Notes under the pieces: generated by a model
The model's database searches: none
What the model saw: the letters and a program-made list of their open reading frames with translations, nothing else
Told to the model about the DNA's origin: nothing
Position numbers and translations under genes: made by a program
Part shown: one piece after another, positions 23,737 to 36,439 of the stretch
How the letters are laid out: each line of letters begins with the position of its first letter
Numbering within the stretch: the first letter of the stretch is position 1
Assembly: GCA_001724265.1 (NCBI GenBank)
Contig: MEDY01000032.1
Location: 1 to 64,000, forward strand
Origin: Rhizaria sp. SCN 62-66
Taxonomy: Eukaryota
Direction: 5' to 3'
Length of the DNA stretch: 64,000 nucleotides

Positions 23737-26700
23737 ATGGGAGCGTGTGTCTCGAAAGAGGCCAACAGCAACAGAGGCCCACACGCGCACCGCGGCGCTG
23801 CGGGGGGTTCAGGGCCAGATGGCGCGCGCGGCGAGCTCTCGCTAAGCAGCGCTGCGTCTCGCAACGGCGGTGCTTCGAACAGTGGTACGGTGCACTCTCT
23901 TTCTGCTCATATCGCCCCATTTTCGGTCTTAATTGTCTCCATCTCTAAATTCTCCGGGCTCGCTCATCATTCTCTGGTCATGACCCGCTACTGATCTACA
24001 CTCGTCTTTCATAGATGGCTCTGGCTTTGTGCCACGCCCCCACGCACTTGTGTTGTCCTCCGCGGTCGACACATGCCCCGACCTCGCAGTTGACACTGAC
24101 TCTGACGCTACTGCTGCCTCTGCGGCTTCGGCTCAAACTGCTGCTGCTGCTGCTACGGGCACTGATGACGGTGACAAGGCTCAGCATCCCACTCCCGCGC
24201 CCGCCCCGCCCCCCGCCGTGGAGTGCGCGGCCGCGACTCCCACGCTGCTCACACTCGGCGTAGGCCCAGCATCCGCGCTCGCTCTCGCGTTCCCGCCCAC
24301 CCAGCCGACCCTGCAGCCGCCGCTGCCGCCTCCGAGAGCCGCGGATCAGGCAGTGCAGTCGACGAGCGCGGCGCCGTCCGCTGCGACGACGACCGCAGCC
24401 GCGGGAGCCGCGTCGGGCGCGATGGCCGCGAGCCACAGCGGCGGCAGCAGCGCGGGCAGCAACGGCGGCGTCGGCAGTGGAATCAGCAGTGGCAGTGGCA
24501 GTGCTGAGATTGGCGAGAGCTTGGGCGAATTCCCGCTCTTTTCTAGCACCGGCGGCGGCATCCTTGCCAGCCCGGCTGACAGCTCCAGCGCCCTCATCAC
24601 CGGCAGCGGCGACGGCAGCGGCAGCGGCGGCGTCGGCGGCGGCTACATCAGCGCCGTCGACCTCAGCAATGTTGCACACGGCGGCATCGCGGGCGGCCTC
24701 GGTCCGCACACGCACGACTACAGCGGGCTGTACAGTGCGGCGGGCGGGTCGAGTTTGGCGGGCGCCGGCGTCGGCAGTTCGTTTGGCGGCAGCAGTTTGA
24801 CTGGAGCGTCGTCGTCCTCGTCGCTTCCTGCGACGGCGGCAACGGCGCCGCAAGGTCTGGGGCAGCAACTGCAGGTGACGCATCACCAGAACCCGCTCAT
24901 GTTGCTGGGCTCGGCGCCGACCAATCTCGCAGCAAGCACACACAACAACAACACCAACAACAATACTAGCACAGTAGCTGCTACTGCCACAGCGCCAGCA
25001 GCGGCGGCGGCAGCGTCGCCGTCCTCGACGCCGTCTGCGCGCGGCCTCCTCGTCGTTGGCACCGATCCCAGCGCGAGCACCGGGGCCGATACTGTGCTCG
25101 CCGTCACCGCGCCGCTCTCCGTTACCGCCGCCGGCTCTGCCGTGGTCGCGGGGACGGGCGCGGGGACGGGGATGTTCTTCCCGGTCAGACCCCCGCTCTC
25201 GGTCGCGCCGCTGTCGGTCAGTGCGTTTACTGTTGCGTCGCCCACCGCGGCCGCCGCCACTGCCGCCGCCACTGCCTCCAACGCCACGGCGTCGGGGGGC
25301 TCAACCGCGGTAGGTGTGAGTCCACTGAACACGTCCTTGGCCGCAGCCGCTGCAGCCGCCGTGGCCGCGCAGTCGCGGTCGAGCTCGCACTCGCTGCCGC
25401 AGTCGGACGCGCAGACGCCGCTGCAGCTCTCGCGGCAGCCTGACCTGGACGTCAGCCAGTCTCCTCTCGCCACGCTCGCGACTCCCCTGGTGGCCCCGGC
25501 GTCTGGCCCCAGACTGAGCGCGACCGCCACCGGCAGCTCCGCCGGCGCGAGCGCGGGGTTCTGGCTGCTCAACTCGCTGCGGTACGGGCACGATAGCGCG
25601 CGGACCGGCAGCCACACGCTCACGGGTAGCGCGCACAGCCACAGCGTCGGTAGTCACAGCGCGGGCGTCAGCGCGGGCGACCGCGCCGCGGGCAGCAGCG
25701 GGCGCGAGAACGAGCCCACGCACCTGAACATGCACGCGCTGACGCAGACCCCGACGCTAAAGTCCGGTGGCAGCGGCAGCTCTAGAGGCGGCGCGTTCGC
25801 GGCTTCGGCGGGGGCGCTCGGTGGGGCCGCCACGAGTGGCGACGCGGCGGTGAGTGGCGGAGGCGCCAGTGCTAGCGCCAACCCCAGCGCCGGCGATGGC
25901 GGCGCTGTCAGCGGTCGCGGCGGTGTGTTCGTCCTTGATAACACCACCACCAACGACGATAACGACGCGGCTGCGCTGTCGATGCGCACGCCGCCGCATG
26001 CGACTGCGTGGATCGATGTGAGTACTGTGTCAGAGCCACGGAGGGCGACAGCCGACGTGCCGCTCTCGTACGCGCAACAGCGTCAAAGCCAGCAGGATCA
26101 GCTGCTGCAGCTGTCGCTGCAGCAGGAGCAGCCGCAGCACCATGGCGAGCAGGAGACGCAGGCGCGGACGCAGACTCTAAGTAAGACGGTTAATCGACCC
26201 ACTCTTTACGCAGTGCAAAGCATGTTTGCTGAGACACTTGCCCAACAGCAACAACAACAGAAACAAAAACAACAACAACAAGAACAACAGAAACAAGACC
26301 TGCCCTGGCAGCAACAGCAGCAGCAGCAGCAGCAGCAGCAACATCAGCAGCAGCAGCCGCCGCAGCAGCAGAAAGCGCAGCCGCAGCCGAAAGACCGCGT
26401 TGATCTGCTGCGGGCCGAGTCCACCGACCGCGAGCTTGGTCAATCCTCCTCCGCAGCGGCACTGCACCCGCCGGGCCTCGCTCCTGCGCGCGCGTTCACA
26501 CTCCCGCACTCGCAGTCTCACGCGTCGCACGCGCTTCTCGAGTCGCACCGGGTCTCGGCGACCTCCGCGCCGCTCTCCGCCACGCCCTCCGGTCTGCGGC
26601 TGATGCTGCCCACGGCGTCGCCGTCGCCCGTCGCCGGCACGGCCACGGGCGGCGGACTCGATGGCAGCCGCGGCGGCGCCATGCCGTGCCTCAACGCGGG

Positions 26701-29700
26701 CTCGCCGGCGTCTTCCACCAGCACACCGACGGCGACGGCCGCGGTGGCGCAGGCGGGCCCGCTATCGCCCGCTGCGGGCGCTGCGAGACGCGCGCACTTG
26801 TCGGGGCCCGATACGATGCCCGGCGTCGAGCGCAGGGATGCTGAAGGTGGTGGCCAATCAAAGGGGCCCGACGTGGCGTCCTCGCAACTCACGTTTGTGC
26901 AGCAGCTGTTCGAGCAGCAGCAAGTCCAGCAGCAACAGCAGCTGTTTGGTGTCAGATCGCTGCAGACCCCGACGGGGCCTGTGACGGTCAGAGTCCCCCC
27001 TGTCAATTCTGCGTTGATGGCCTTCACCGACCAGTCCAACAACATGCAGACGCATGCTGAGGCGCAACCGCCCTCGCCACAACAACTACAGAGTCATCAG
27101 GCTGCGTATGCGAACGGGTATGCGCCCGCTTTCAGTGGCGACCTGTCCGTGCCCAAGGCCGTCGCCCTGATGCAGCAGTTGACGCAACTGCTCAGTGCGA
27201 TGCAGCAGCGGCAGCGCGAGCTCTCTCAGGGCGGTGCCGCCATCAGCAACAGCAACGGCGCAACTGGTGCGAGCAGCAAGCATAACAACGGCAACGGCGG
27301 ACGCAACAGCGTGAGCAGCCAGAGCCAGATGCGTCACAGCGGCAGCGGTAACGCCAACGCCAACGGCAACGGACACAGTCGCCAGACCCAGCAGCAGGGC
27401 TCTGGGCCGGCGTCGGGCGGCTCTCAGGCCACTCACGGTCAGTCTTTCGCCGCTACTGCTAACGGCGGCGGTTGGAACGTGAGCCAACTGGGCCGGCGCT
27501 CGCCCACAGTCACCACAGGCGGGACGCCGCTGTCGGTGCCTGACGACCACGTGATTGACACGGTCATGGTGAACGGCGAGCCAGTGTCGTTTATTCGCCG
27601 GGTGACGCCGCGTGACGCGCCCTTCACGCCCACCTCTGCGACGGGCAACGGCAATGCGATGCAGACCGGCAACGGCAGCCTTTACGACAACATCGACAAC
27701 ACTAACAACAATAACCGCGGCAACAGCCCGAACGACGGGATGATGGGCGCCAACGTCGTCCCTGTCGTTGGCCCCGGCGCCGGCGGGCCCCCTGGGGTCG
27801 GGTCTCTGCATGTCAACGTCAACGCCAGCAGTGTTGGCAGCAGCGGAAGAAGTATTGCCGCCGTCAGTGTCGGCAGTGGGTTCAATGAAAGCGGCCCTGT
27901 CGTCGGTGGCACTGGGAGTATCACAGTCAGTGGCGGCAGTCAGCAGCTGATGTTGACGCCGACGCAGTTCACGCCAGCGCTCACGATCACTTCCTCCGTG
28001 ATTACAAATGGCACGGCCAGCGGCACTGGTGCTACGCCGCCGGACGCGACTGGGTCTTACAGCAGCCCCGGCACTTCCGGTGGCACGTCGGTCCCCGTGC
28101 AAAGCGCCGCCGCCGCGAGTGGCGGCCAGTGGGGCGCGCAACACACAGGCGCGACTCCGCGGCCGCCGCCCGGGCTCCCCGGAGGCGGCGCGCCGCGGCC
28201 GCTCAACGTGCGCCCCCCGCCGGTCCCCGCGGCCGCCGGCGGCGGAAACGGCTCCGGCTCGACGCCTCCACTGGCGCCCGCAGGACCCTTGTCGCCCACA
28301 TCGCTCAACAGGACATCCATCGCGTCTCCTATGGCAAACAACAACGTCAACAGTCACACCGGCTTGCACGCGAACGTGAACATCAACAACCAGAGCAACC
28401 TCAGCAACGGTGCCACCACCGCCGTTGCGATGGCTGCGACCGCGGGCAGTGTGTCGACGTCGCAGGGCTCGTTCCGCTCCTCTCTGCGCGCCACAGGCCG
28501 CTCGGCTACCGGCGGCTCCGGGCTACCCGCGCTCAGCGCAACCGGCTCTTCGCACAGCATCGACGGGAGCTCGAGCTCCGGTGCCGGCGGTGTCGGCGGC
28601 GCGCCGCAGGACGCTGCCGTGCTGAACGCGGCGACGGCGCACGCGCTGATCCAGGTCATGGGCGGCGCGGCACTGACGCCGGAGCTGCTGAGCCAGCTGG
28701 CATGGCTTGTTGAGACCCTGGCGCCCAGCGGTCAAGCGCAGGGGCAGACACAGCAAACACTCGCGTTGCAACAGATTGCGGGCAACCCGGTTTCGGTTGT
28801 GAGCTCCAACGGCAGCAGCTCCGCAGCGGGGCTGACCGCTGGTGCGACCAACGCCGGCGGAAATCTCCAGTTGTTCCCATCGCAGTCGTATTCGTCATCG
28901 TATAGCGCCAGCGCGTCGTCCGCGCTTGGCAACGCCGCGGCCGCGCTCGCTGCACATGCCGCCGGCTCAAGCTCTGGCGCTGGCACAGGCTCTGGCACTG
29001 GACCAGCTCATGGCACTGGCGCTGGGCCAGGCTCCGGTTCGGGCTCCGGCTCGGGCTTCGGTGCTGGAAGTGCGGCCTCGTTTGTCGACGTTTTAGCTAT
29101 GGGTAGAGGACCGTTGACACACAACCGCAGCGCTTCCATCAGCAACATTAGCCTCGGTGGCTACCAACAACAACAACAGCAACATCAGCAACAGTTTGCT
29201 CCGGGGCAGCCACAGCACCAACAGAGACCGCACGGCGGTCCCGCGTCTGTGACCGGCCCGAGCCTCAACACGAGCCCAAACGTGCCCGCAAGCACGATCA
29301 GCGGCCCGCGCGCCGCGGTCGGCGTCGCAGACACTCCCACCCCGCCGTCCGCGGGCGGCGCTTCCGCCGGGGCGGCGCTGGAGCATATGCTTTCGCAGGG
29401 CGACCAGCAGTGGGCGGGGCGCGCGATCAGCCCGCCGCAGGCGCTGCAGCTGCAGCTGCCCGCCACCCTGTCTAGTTACGCCACGGGCTTGCGCGTCACG
29501 CCCCCAAAGTCACCGTCGCAGCCTCAGTCTCAGCCGCAGCAGCAGTTGTCGCAGACGCAGGTGCTGAACTCGGCGCTCCTAGCGCTGCAGCAGCAAATCC
29601 GACAAAATGCGGATGCGATTCAGACTGCATTGGCGCAGGCTGCGATGCAAAGCAACGCTCCCAGTTCGATGACGCTGCAGCAGCAGTACCAGCATTAGCA

Positions 29701-32700
29701 GGAGTATCTCGCCTTTCAGCAGCAGCAGCAGCAGATGCAGCAGATGATGACAATGCAGCTGCCGCAACAGCCGCGGCATATCGCAACGCGGTCGCCACAG
29801 TCGTCGCCGCCCGCGACGGACTCCGACACGAGCGTCGTGTCCTCGCGACCCGGCTTCACGGCGAGCGCGGTGATCTCCGTGCCGCCACTCAACAGCTCGC
29901 TCAGCGGCGGCAACGATGCCTCAGCACAGGCCCGCACTGTCCCGTCCACGCTGCGCACGGTCGCCGCAGCCGTGCCCAGCGGCGGCGCCCACTCGGGCGC
30001 GGGTCCCGGCGTCGGCCGCGCGACCTCACTGCAGACGGCGGCGACGACAATGCAGCAAACCGGTGGCGGGTTGAAGGCGCCGCCTGCGTTCGTGTTTGAC
30101 GTGCCACCGGTCACCCCCGCGGCCCAGCCGCTGTACGGCGCCCCGGGGACTTCCTACGGTCAGCCCTATGGCAACACGACGCAGCCGCAGATGCAGTCGC
30201 AGCCGGTCAACGGTTGGTACACCGCGCCGCCCATGGCTGCTATCACGCCGCAGCAGCAGTACGTGCCGACGATGCAGCCCGCGAACGCGAGCGGACAGTT
30301 AATGATTACGCTCCCGGGCACGCCTTCGCACGCACAAGGTTTCCCGCTGCCGTCGCCACTGAGCACCACTCCCAACCCCATGATGCAGCAGCAGTACATG
30401 GGGCAGCAGCAGCTGCAACAGCCGCAGCTGCCGATGCAGCAGCCACCGCAGCCCCAGCAGCAGTCGCCTGCGCCCATGAGCCCCAGTGCGCGCCTCGCGC
30501 CGGCGATGTCGATGGCGGAGGCGCAACTGCGGCAGCAGCTGATGTTCGTCAAGCAGCAGCAACAGCAGCTTTTGCTTGCGCACGCCCTCAACCTCAACGC
30601 TGGTCAGCAACAGGTGACGATGCAGCCGCCGGCGGGGCTGATGCTCACGCACGTCAACAGCGTCGGTCCCGGCGGCGCCATAGGCTCGCTTCTGAGTCCG
30701 ACGGCGGGCGGCCTCGCCGTCGCCGACCCGCCGCCTGTGTGGCCGTACCCTGGCACAATGCCCGCCACCGGTGCAGCGCAGGGCACACGCTCACAGTTGA
30801 GCGCGGCTAACGACGCCAGCGCGTTCGCGAACCCCGCAATGCAGACGGTCAGCTTCTCGACCGAAGGCAGTCTCGCGGCATCTGCGATCGAGGAGCAGCT
30901 GCGCGCTGTGGCCGCACTCGCAGTGCCCGTTCTGTCGCGCACCAGCACCGGGGTCACCGGGATGGGTCAGGGCAACACGCAGTCTGACTACACGAACACC
31001 GCTGGGCTCACGCCTGTGTATTCGCAACAGCAGCAACAGCAGCAACAGCAGCTGATGGTTCTGAGTCCGACGAACCTTGGAGTCACGGGCCAGCAGTCAC
31101 TTGGACCGCACCACATGATGTTGCATCATATGCCGCACGCGCAGCAGCACTACACGCAACCGCAACTGCAGCAACTGTCGCTGCAACAGCAGATGCAGCA
31201 GCAGGTTGGTGGCGTGTACTACCCCGCCGGCGCGAGCGTCACGCCGCGCGCAGTGCCCATGCAGTATGGCGGCGACGGCTCCGCGACCGTCGGCATCGTG
31301 CCGCCGCCGTCGCCGGGCGCCGGGCTTGCGCTGAGCTACGCGCCGTCGACCATCTCGCTGCTTGCGCCGACGCAGCTTGCGCCGACGCAGCTTGCGCCGC
31401 TGCAGATGGCCTCGCCGGCGGCGCTGCAAGATGTCGTGCTGCCGTTTCCGTCGCCCGCGGCCCTGACCATGGCCAGCAACGGCCCCGTGACGGCACAAGT
31501 CGTGCCAGTCATGTCTCCGCATGTTGCGTTCGGCCCCGGCGCCGCCGTCGTCGGCCCCGGTGGCAGCGGCAGCATCAGCGGCGCGACCGGCAGTTGCAGC
31601 GACGCTGACGACGTCGACGACACGTTGCTGGCGGGCCGGTACCGTCTGCTTAGCGCGCTGGGCCGCGGGTCCTACGGGCTGGTGACGCGCGCGCTCGACC
31701 TGTACACGGGCCGCATCTGCGTCATCAAGTCTATCAAGCGACCAGTGCTCGGTCTGCGCTCCGGTAGCGTGCTCTGGGAGCGGCTCGCGCGCGCGCACCA
31801 CATCGTGCGCGGCCACTTGGGCACCGCTGCGGCCGCCGCGGTCGCACCAGGACAGCCCGTCGTCGCGCTCCGCTCGCTGCGCGCGCTGATGCTGCAGGCG
31901 TGGCTCGTTCGCGACACGTCCGCGAACGGCGCTCTCGACAGCGCCCGCGGCAACGGCGAGGCGCGCTGCTCCCCCACCCCTGGCGGTGACGGCAACGGCG
32001 CGGGCGGCGCCGAAAACTCTCTTTCGCGAAGCCGCGGCGTAGGCTCCGGTTCAAGCGACGCGTCATCGTGCGCGGCGCTGCGCGTGTGGCGCGACCTCGC
32101 GCAGGGCGCCGCCGCGGGCCTTAGCGCCGGTGGCATGACAGCGCCCAACTCGTGGTTCAGCGAGAGTGAGATCCTGCAGTGCCTCGGCCGCGCGCCGCTG
32201 CCGCTTTCCGTGGGCGCGCGCGCTGACGAGACCGCTGCCGGTGACGCGACGGGCGCAGTGCTGTGGCCCGTCGGCGCGCACCCCGGTGTCGTGAAGCTGC
32301 TGGACGTGGTCGAGACGTGCCACTGCCGCACGCGCTACGCAGAGGCCGTCGCCGCGCGCTCCGCCGCGCTCGCCGCCGCCACGAACACCGCGGTCGACGC
32401 CAGCGAGCGGGTGAGCGCGGTGGCCAAGATCCTGGCGCTACCAGTGACCGTGGACGGACACCTGGCGCGCTGCGAGCTTGGGCTCGGCGCCGGGCTTGCG
32501 GACACGCCCTCGGACGCCGACACGAGCCACACGACCACGCCTCTCGGCTCGCCCACCGCCAGTGCTGGCGCGGCCGCCAATGCCGGCGCGGGCGTGATTG
32601 CCGGCGGCTGGGGCGCGGGGCTGGGCGCCGGCGGGCTCGGTGCCGGCCGCGTCGTCGGCAACAACGTCACGCACCTGGTGCTCGAGTACCTCCCCGGCGG

Positions 32701-35700
32701 CCCCGTCGTGCCCGCCACGACTGACGCGACCTTCACCGGCGGCGCCGACCCGTGGACGGAGCACTGGGGCCGCGTGGAGAGCTACATGCGCCGCATGGGC
32801 ACGGTGGTGGCTTACTACCGCCGTCGCCGGCTGCGCAAAGAGCGGCAGCTGCTCGAGGGCAACCCGTTCGAGTACAGTGGCGCCGATGACGGCCGCGCCA
32901 GCCCCAGCACTATGACACAGCCTGCGGCCGAGCGCCACTACCCGTGGTGCTCGATGGACCCCGTCTCTGTCGCGCTCAGCAACGACGCGCAACAGCAACA
33001 GCAACAACAGCAACAACAGCAACAGTCCGGAGACGGCACCAATGCCGCTCCTTCGAGTGCGTCGCCCGCAGGTCTGCCGATGCACTTGGTCTGGCTCTTT
33101 GCTCGCGACCTCGTGTCATCGCTTGACTTCATCCACCGCCGCGGTTTTGCACACCGCGACGTCAAGCCCGAGAACCTGCTCCTGGACTGGGGCGACACCG
33201 CGCCAGACCTCTACGCCGACGAAGCCTGTGGCCACAACGACGCTCCACTTGCCTGCGAGTCGCATGAGCTGACGCCCGAGCAGCGCGCACACGTGTGCCG
33301 CTCCTGCCTCTGGCGCCGGCCGCGCTGCGTGCTCGCCGACTTCGGTGCCGCGTGTGCAGTGCGGCAGTCGTCGTCGGGCCGCCAGCGCAGGCTGGGCGAG
33401 GCCGCCGCACTGTATGCGTCGCGTGTGCGCGCGATCACGCTGCACACGCGCGCGGTCGAGGCGCGCGTGTGGCGGCGCAACGTGGGGCTCACGCGCGCGT
33501 CGCAGAACGCATCGGTAGCGCTTGCGCATGGGGCCGACCCTGTCGCGGCCGAGGCGCAGCGCCGCCAGCAGCGCGCGCAACGTCGCGTGCAGGTGCGTGC
33601 GGTGGTCGTCGAGCGCAAGCGGCGCTGTCAGGAGGCCGCGACGCGGCTGCGGCTGACGCGCGAGCGGCAGCGCGAGCGCGACCGCGCGCGCAGGGGCGCG
33701 GGCCAGCGCCAGACGCGCGCGGGCGCAGTCGCCTCCGCCGTCGCGGTGGGCATGCTCGCGGCCACCGCGGCGGTCGACGTGGACCGCGTGGACACACTCT
33801 CGCCGCGCACCCGCGGCGTGGTCGGCGCCGCGGCCAGCCCCGCACTGGCGACTGCGACGCCGCCTCTTGTTGTGGCAACCGCGTCGCTGGGGCCCGCACC
33901 CCTCGCGCGCGAGCGCAAGTCTTTTATCGCGGCCGAGGGCGCCGCCGGCTTGAATACCGGCGTCGTGACTGTCGGCGTCGTGACTCCCCGGCGGCGCAAG
34001 CAGGCGCGTGCGTTCGACTCGCGCTCGCGCAACCCGTCACGGTCGCAGATGGAGAAAGTGCTCAACATCACGGGTACCCTGCCCTTCATGCCGCCCGAGG
34101 TGTTGCGCGGCGGCGACGCGGCGTCCGAGGCCGGCGACGGCGACGATGACGACGCTGCGGCGCTCACCGCGACGCGCGCCGGCGCGCGCCGGCCCCCCGC
34201 GCGGCCCAGCGCCGTCAGCCGCCCCGGTGCGGCGCACGGCGGCGCGGCGTCGTCGCGTGTGAGCCGCGCGCTGAGCACGGCGATGAGCCGCATTACTGCC
34301 AGCAAGGGCGTTGTGTGGCGTCGCGCGGACGCCTGGGCCGCCGGGCTCACTATCCACTCGATGCTGCACGGCAAGCTGCCCTGGCGCTCGCTGCAGCCCG
34401 TGCGCAACGGCGGCGCCACGCAGTCGGTGGACGACGACTTTGACGACGAAGAGGACGACGACGCCAACGGCTTCGGCAACGGTAGCCGCCGCGGTCTGTG
34501 CTCCCCCACCGGTGTGCACCCGGCCGCCAACAGCAGGCTCATCTCCGCCGCGACGAGCAGCCATAGCACGGCCAGCGGCGGCAGCGGTGTGAGCGGCGGC
34601 AGTGGGCTCAGCGGCGTCAGTGCCGGTAGCGGCGCGAGCAGCGGCGCCGCCAGCGCGGTAATCGCGGCAACGATGCTATCTCCCGGCACGCCCCCCGTGG
34701 GTCGAAGAGGCATCAACTCACGCCCGCTGCGCGCGCCGCACCCGCCCGCGCTGGCGCCACCCGCGTCGCAACCCCCGCGGCCGAGCCCGCGTCCGCCCAC
34801 CTCCGGCTCCTCCGCCGCCGCCGCCGCCGCGGGCGCGCTGTCCCCGTCGCCGCCCGCGCCCCCCGCGCAGCCAGCGCCGCCCGCGACGGGCGTGGCGGCG
34901 CTGCTTGCCGAGGTGTGCGACGCGACGGGCCCCGTGCGCGTGGCGCAGCGCCAGCGGCAGCGGCAGAGCGCGGCGTGGTGCGCGATGCTGCCGCGCTTCG
35001 CCAGCCTCACCAAGATGGACAGCAACAACGGCGGCAGCAGCGGTGCCGGTGCGGCGTGTGGTAGCAACAGCAACAACAACAAGTCCGCTGCTGCTGCTGC
35101 TGTCGCCAACGGGGCGCCGTGTTCTTCGTCGTCGTCATCGTCGTCCGCGGCTGCGGGCGCCAACAGCTGCGGCAACGGGTCTTGCTGTGCCGGCGCTGGC
35201 GCTGACTTGAACAGCACCCCCGCCAACGGTGACGCTGCCCCCGGCGCCGACGCGAACGCTGGCTCCGGCGCGAGCGCGAGCGCCAACGCGGGCGCGAACG
35301 CAGGCATCCCGCCGCGCGTGCGCGTGCCGACCGGTCTGCTCGAGCTCCTCGACGGGCTGCTCGCGCGGTCACCGCGCCAGCGCCTGTCGCTGCGCGGTGC
35401 AGGGCTTGACCGCTGGCTGACGCTCAACGGCCAGTGGCCGCTGCACGTGGAGCCCTCGCAGCGCGCCGTGGCTTGGCTGGCGGAGACCATGGACGGCCAC
35501 TGGTGGGGGCTCGGCGACGGCTGGGAGTTCGACCTCGGCGGCGACTACGACGACAGCGACAACGACGACGGCGACAATGACGACGTCGGCGCCGGCGCGA
35601 ACCACAACCGCCGCGCTGCGCGCGCCACGGCCCGCGGCGCGGGCGGCTGCGGCTGCGGCGACGCCTCGACTGCGGACGCCGGGTACGTCTCGAACAGTGA

Positions 35701-35985
35701 CGATAGCGAATGCGAGGTCGCGGCCTGCGTCGCGAGCGCCGACCTGGACACCGACTGGCTCAGCTCGAACGACGTCGACGCCGACGCCGACGCCGCGGAG
35801 CCCACGATTGCGCGCACGCGCGCCGAGACCGAGGGCAATGCGTCTCTGCGCTTGCGTGTGGGTGGCGAGCCCAGCGCCGCCACAACGGGGGCACTCGTGC
35901 CCGGCAAGGTCTCGCGCGCCGCGACAGTCGTCGTCACGGGCGGGCCGGCCACCGGCGAGACGCTGAGCCCGCGCCTCCACCGGTT

Positions 35986-36021
<36 letters not shown>

Positions 36022-36439
36022 GGCTGGGGGTGGCGCGGCCGGCGTGCGAGGCGCGCGGCCGCTGCCGGACAGCGCGAACTCGAGCTCGGGAGTGGCCACC
36101 GCGGGTGGCGCCGCTGCGGGACGGGGCCTGAGAGCCAGCGGCGGCAGCGGCGGGCCCGTGCCAGGCCACGGGCTCGCGCCCGGCGTAGGGCTGGGTCTGC
36201 GCGCTGTGTCCGCGGCCGCAGGCGGGAACTGGGACCGCGATAACCTAAGCAGCAGCGCTGAAGAGAGCGGTTGGGAGAGTGACGAAGGCTTCGGCGACTT
36301 GAACGAGGGCGTTGAAGAGGAGGAGCCCGAGGAAGACGGTGACGGCGACGGCGAGGCCGACGGGGCTGCTGCAAGCGACGACGAACGCGACGGCAGTGAC
36401 TGGAGCGAAGAGCACCAAAAGAGTGACCAGGACCTCTGA
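23737..36439 (+). CDS. Giant Ser/Thr protein kinase, CaMKK/SnAK-like, with predicted N-myristoylation and palmitoylation; exons 23737-23884 and 24015-36439; about 4190 aa; in-frame TAG at 29696-29698
   Basis: Starts MGACVSK. ORFs 24029-29698 and 29735-36439 are in frame and joined by TAG CAG GAG TAT CTC GCC TTT (CAG)6. Kinase motifs: LGRGSYGLV, VIKSI, HPGVVKLLDVV, LVLEYLPGGPV, HRDVKPENLL, LADFG, GTLPFMPPE, DAWAAG, GKLPW. Ends TGA TAA. Confidence 0.8.
23885..24014 (+). other. Spliceosomal intron of the kinase gene (130 nt)
   Basis: GTACGG...CATAG, pyrimidine-rich. Removal puts the MGACVSK exon in frame with the long ORF. Confidence 0.8.

Noticed and set aside
10356-29698. A-to-I editing (UAG to Trp) or pyrrolysine as the explanation for the TAGs
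   Set aside because: Trp fits poorly in a polyQ tract and at a polar Cdc25 helix position, and pyrrolysine is not known in eukaryotes. Editing is disfavoured but cannot be formally excluded without RNA data.
31361-31405. 15-bp tandem repeat (LAPTQ LAPTQ LAPLQ) and similar short coding repeats
   Set aside because: These are ordinary slippage products in low-complexity coding DNA, not a CRISPR array or a mobile element.
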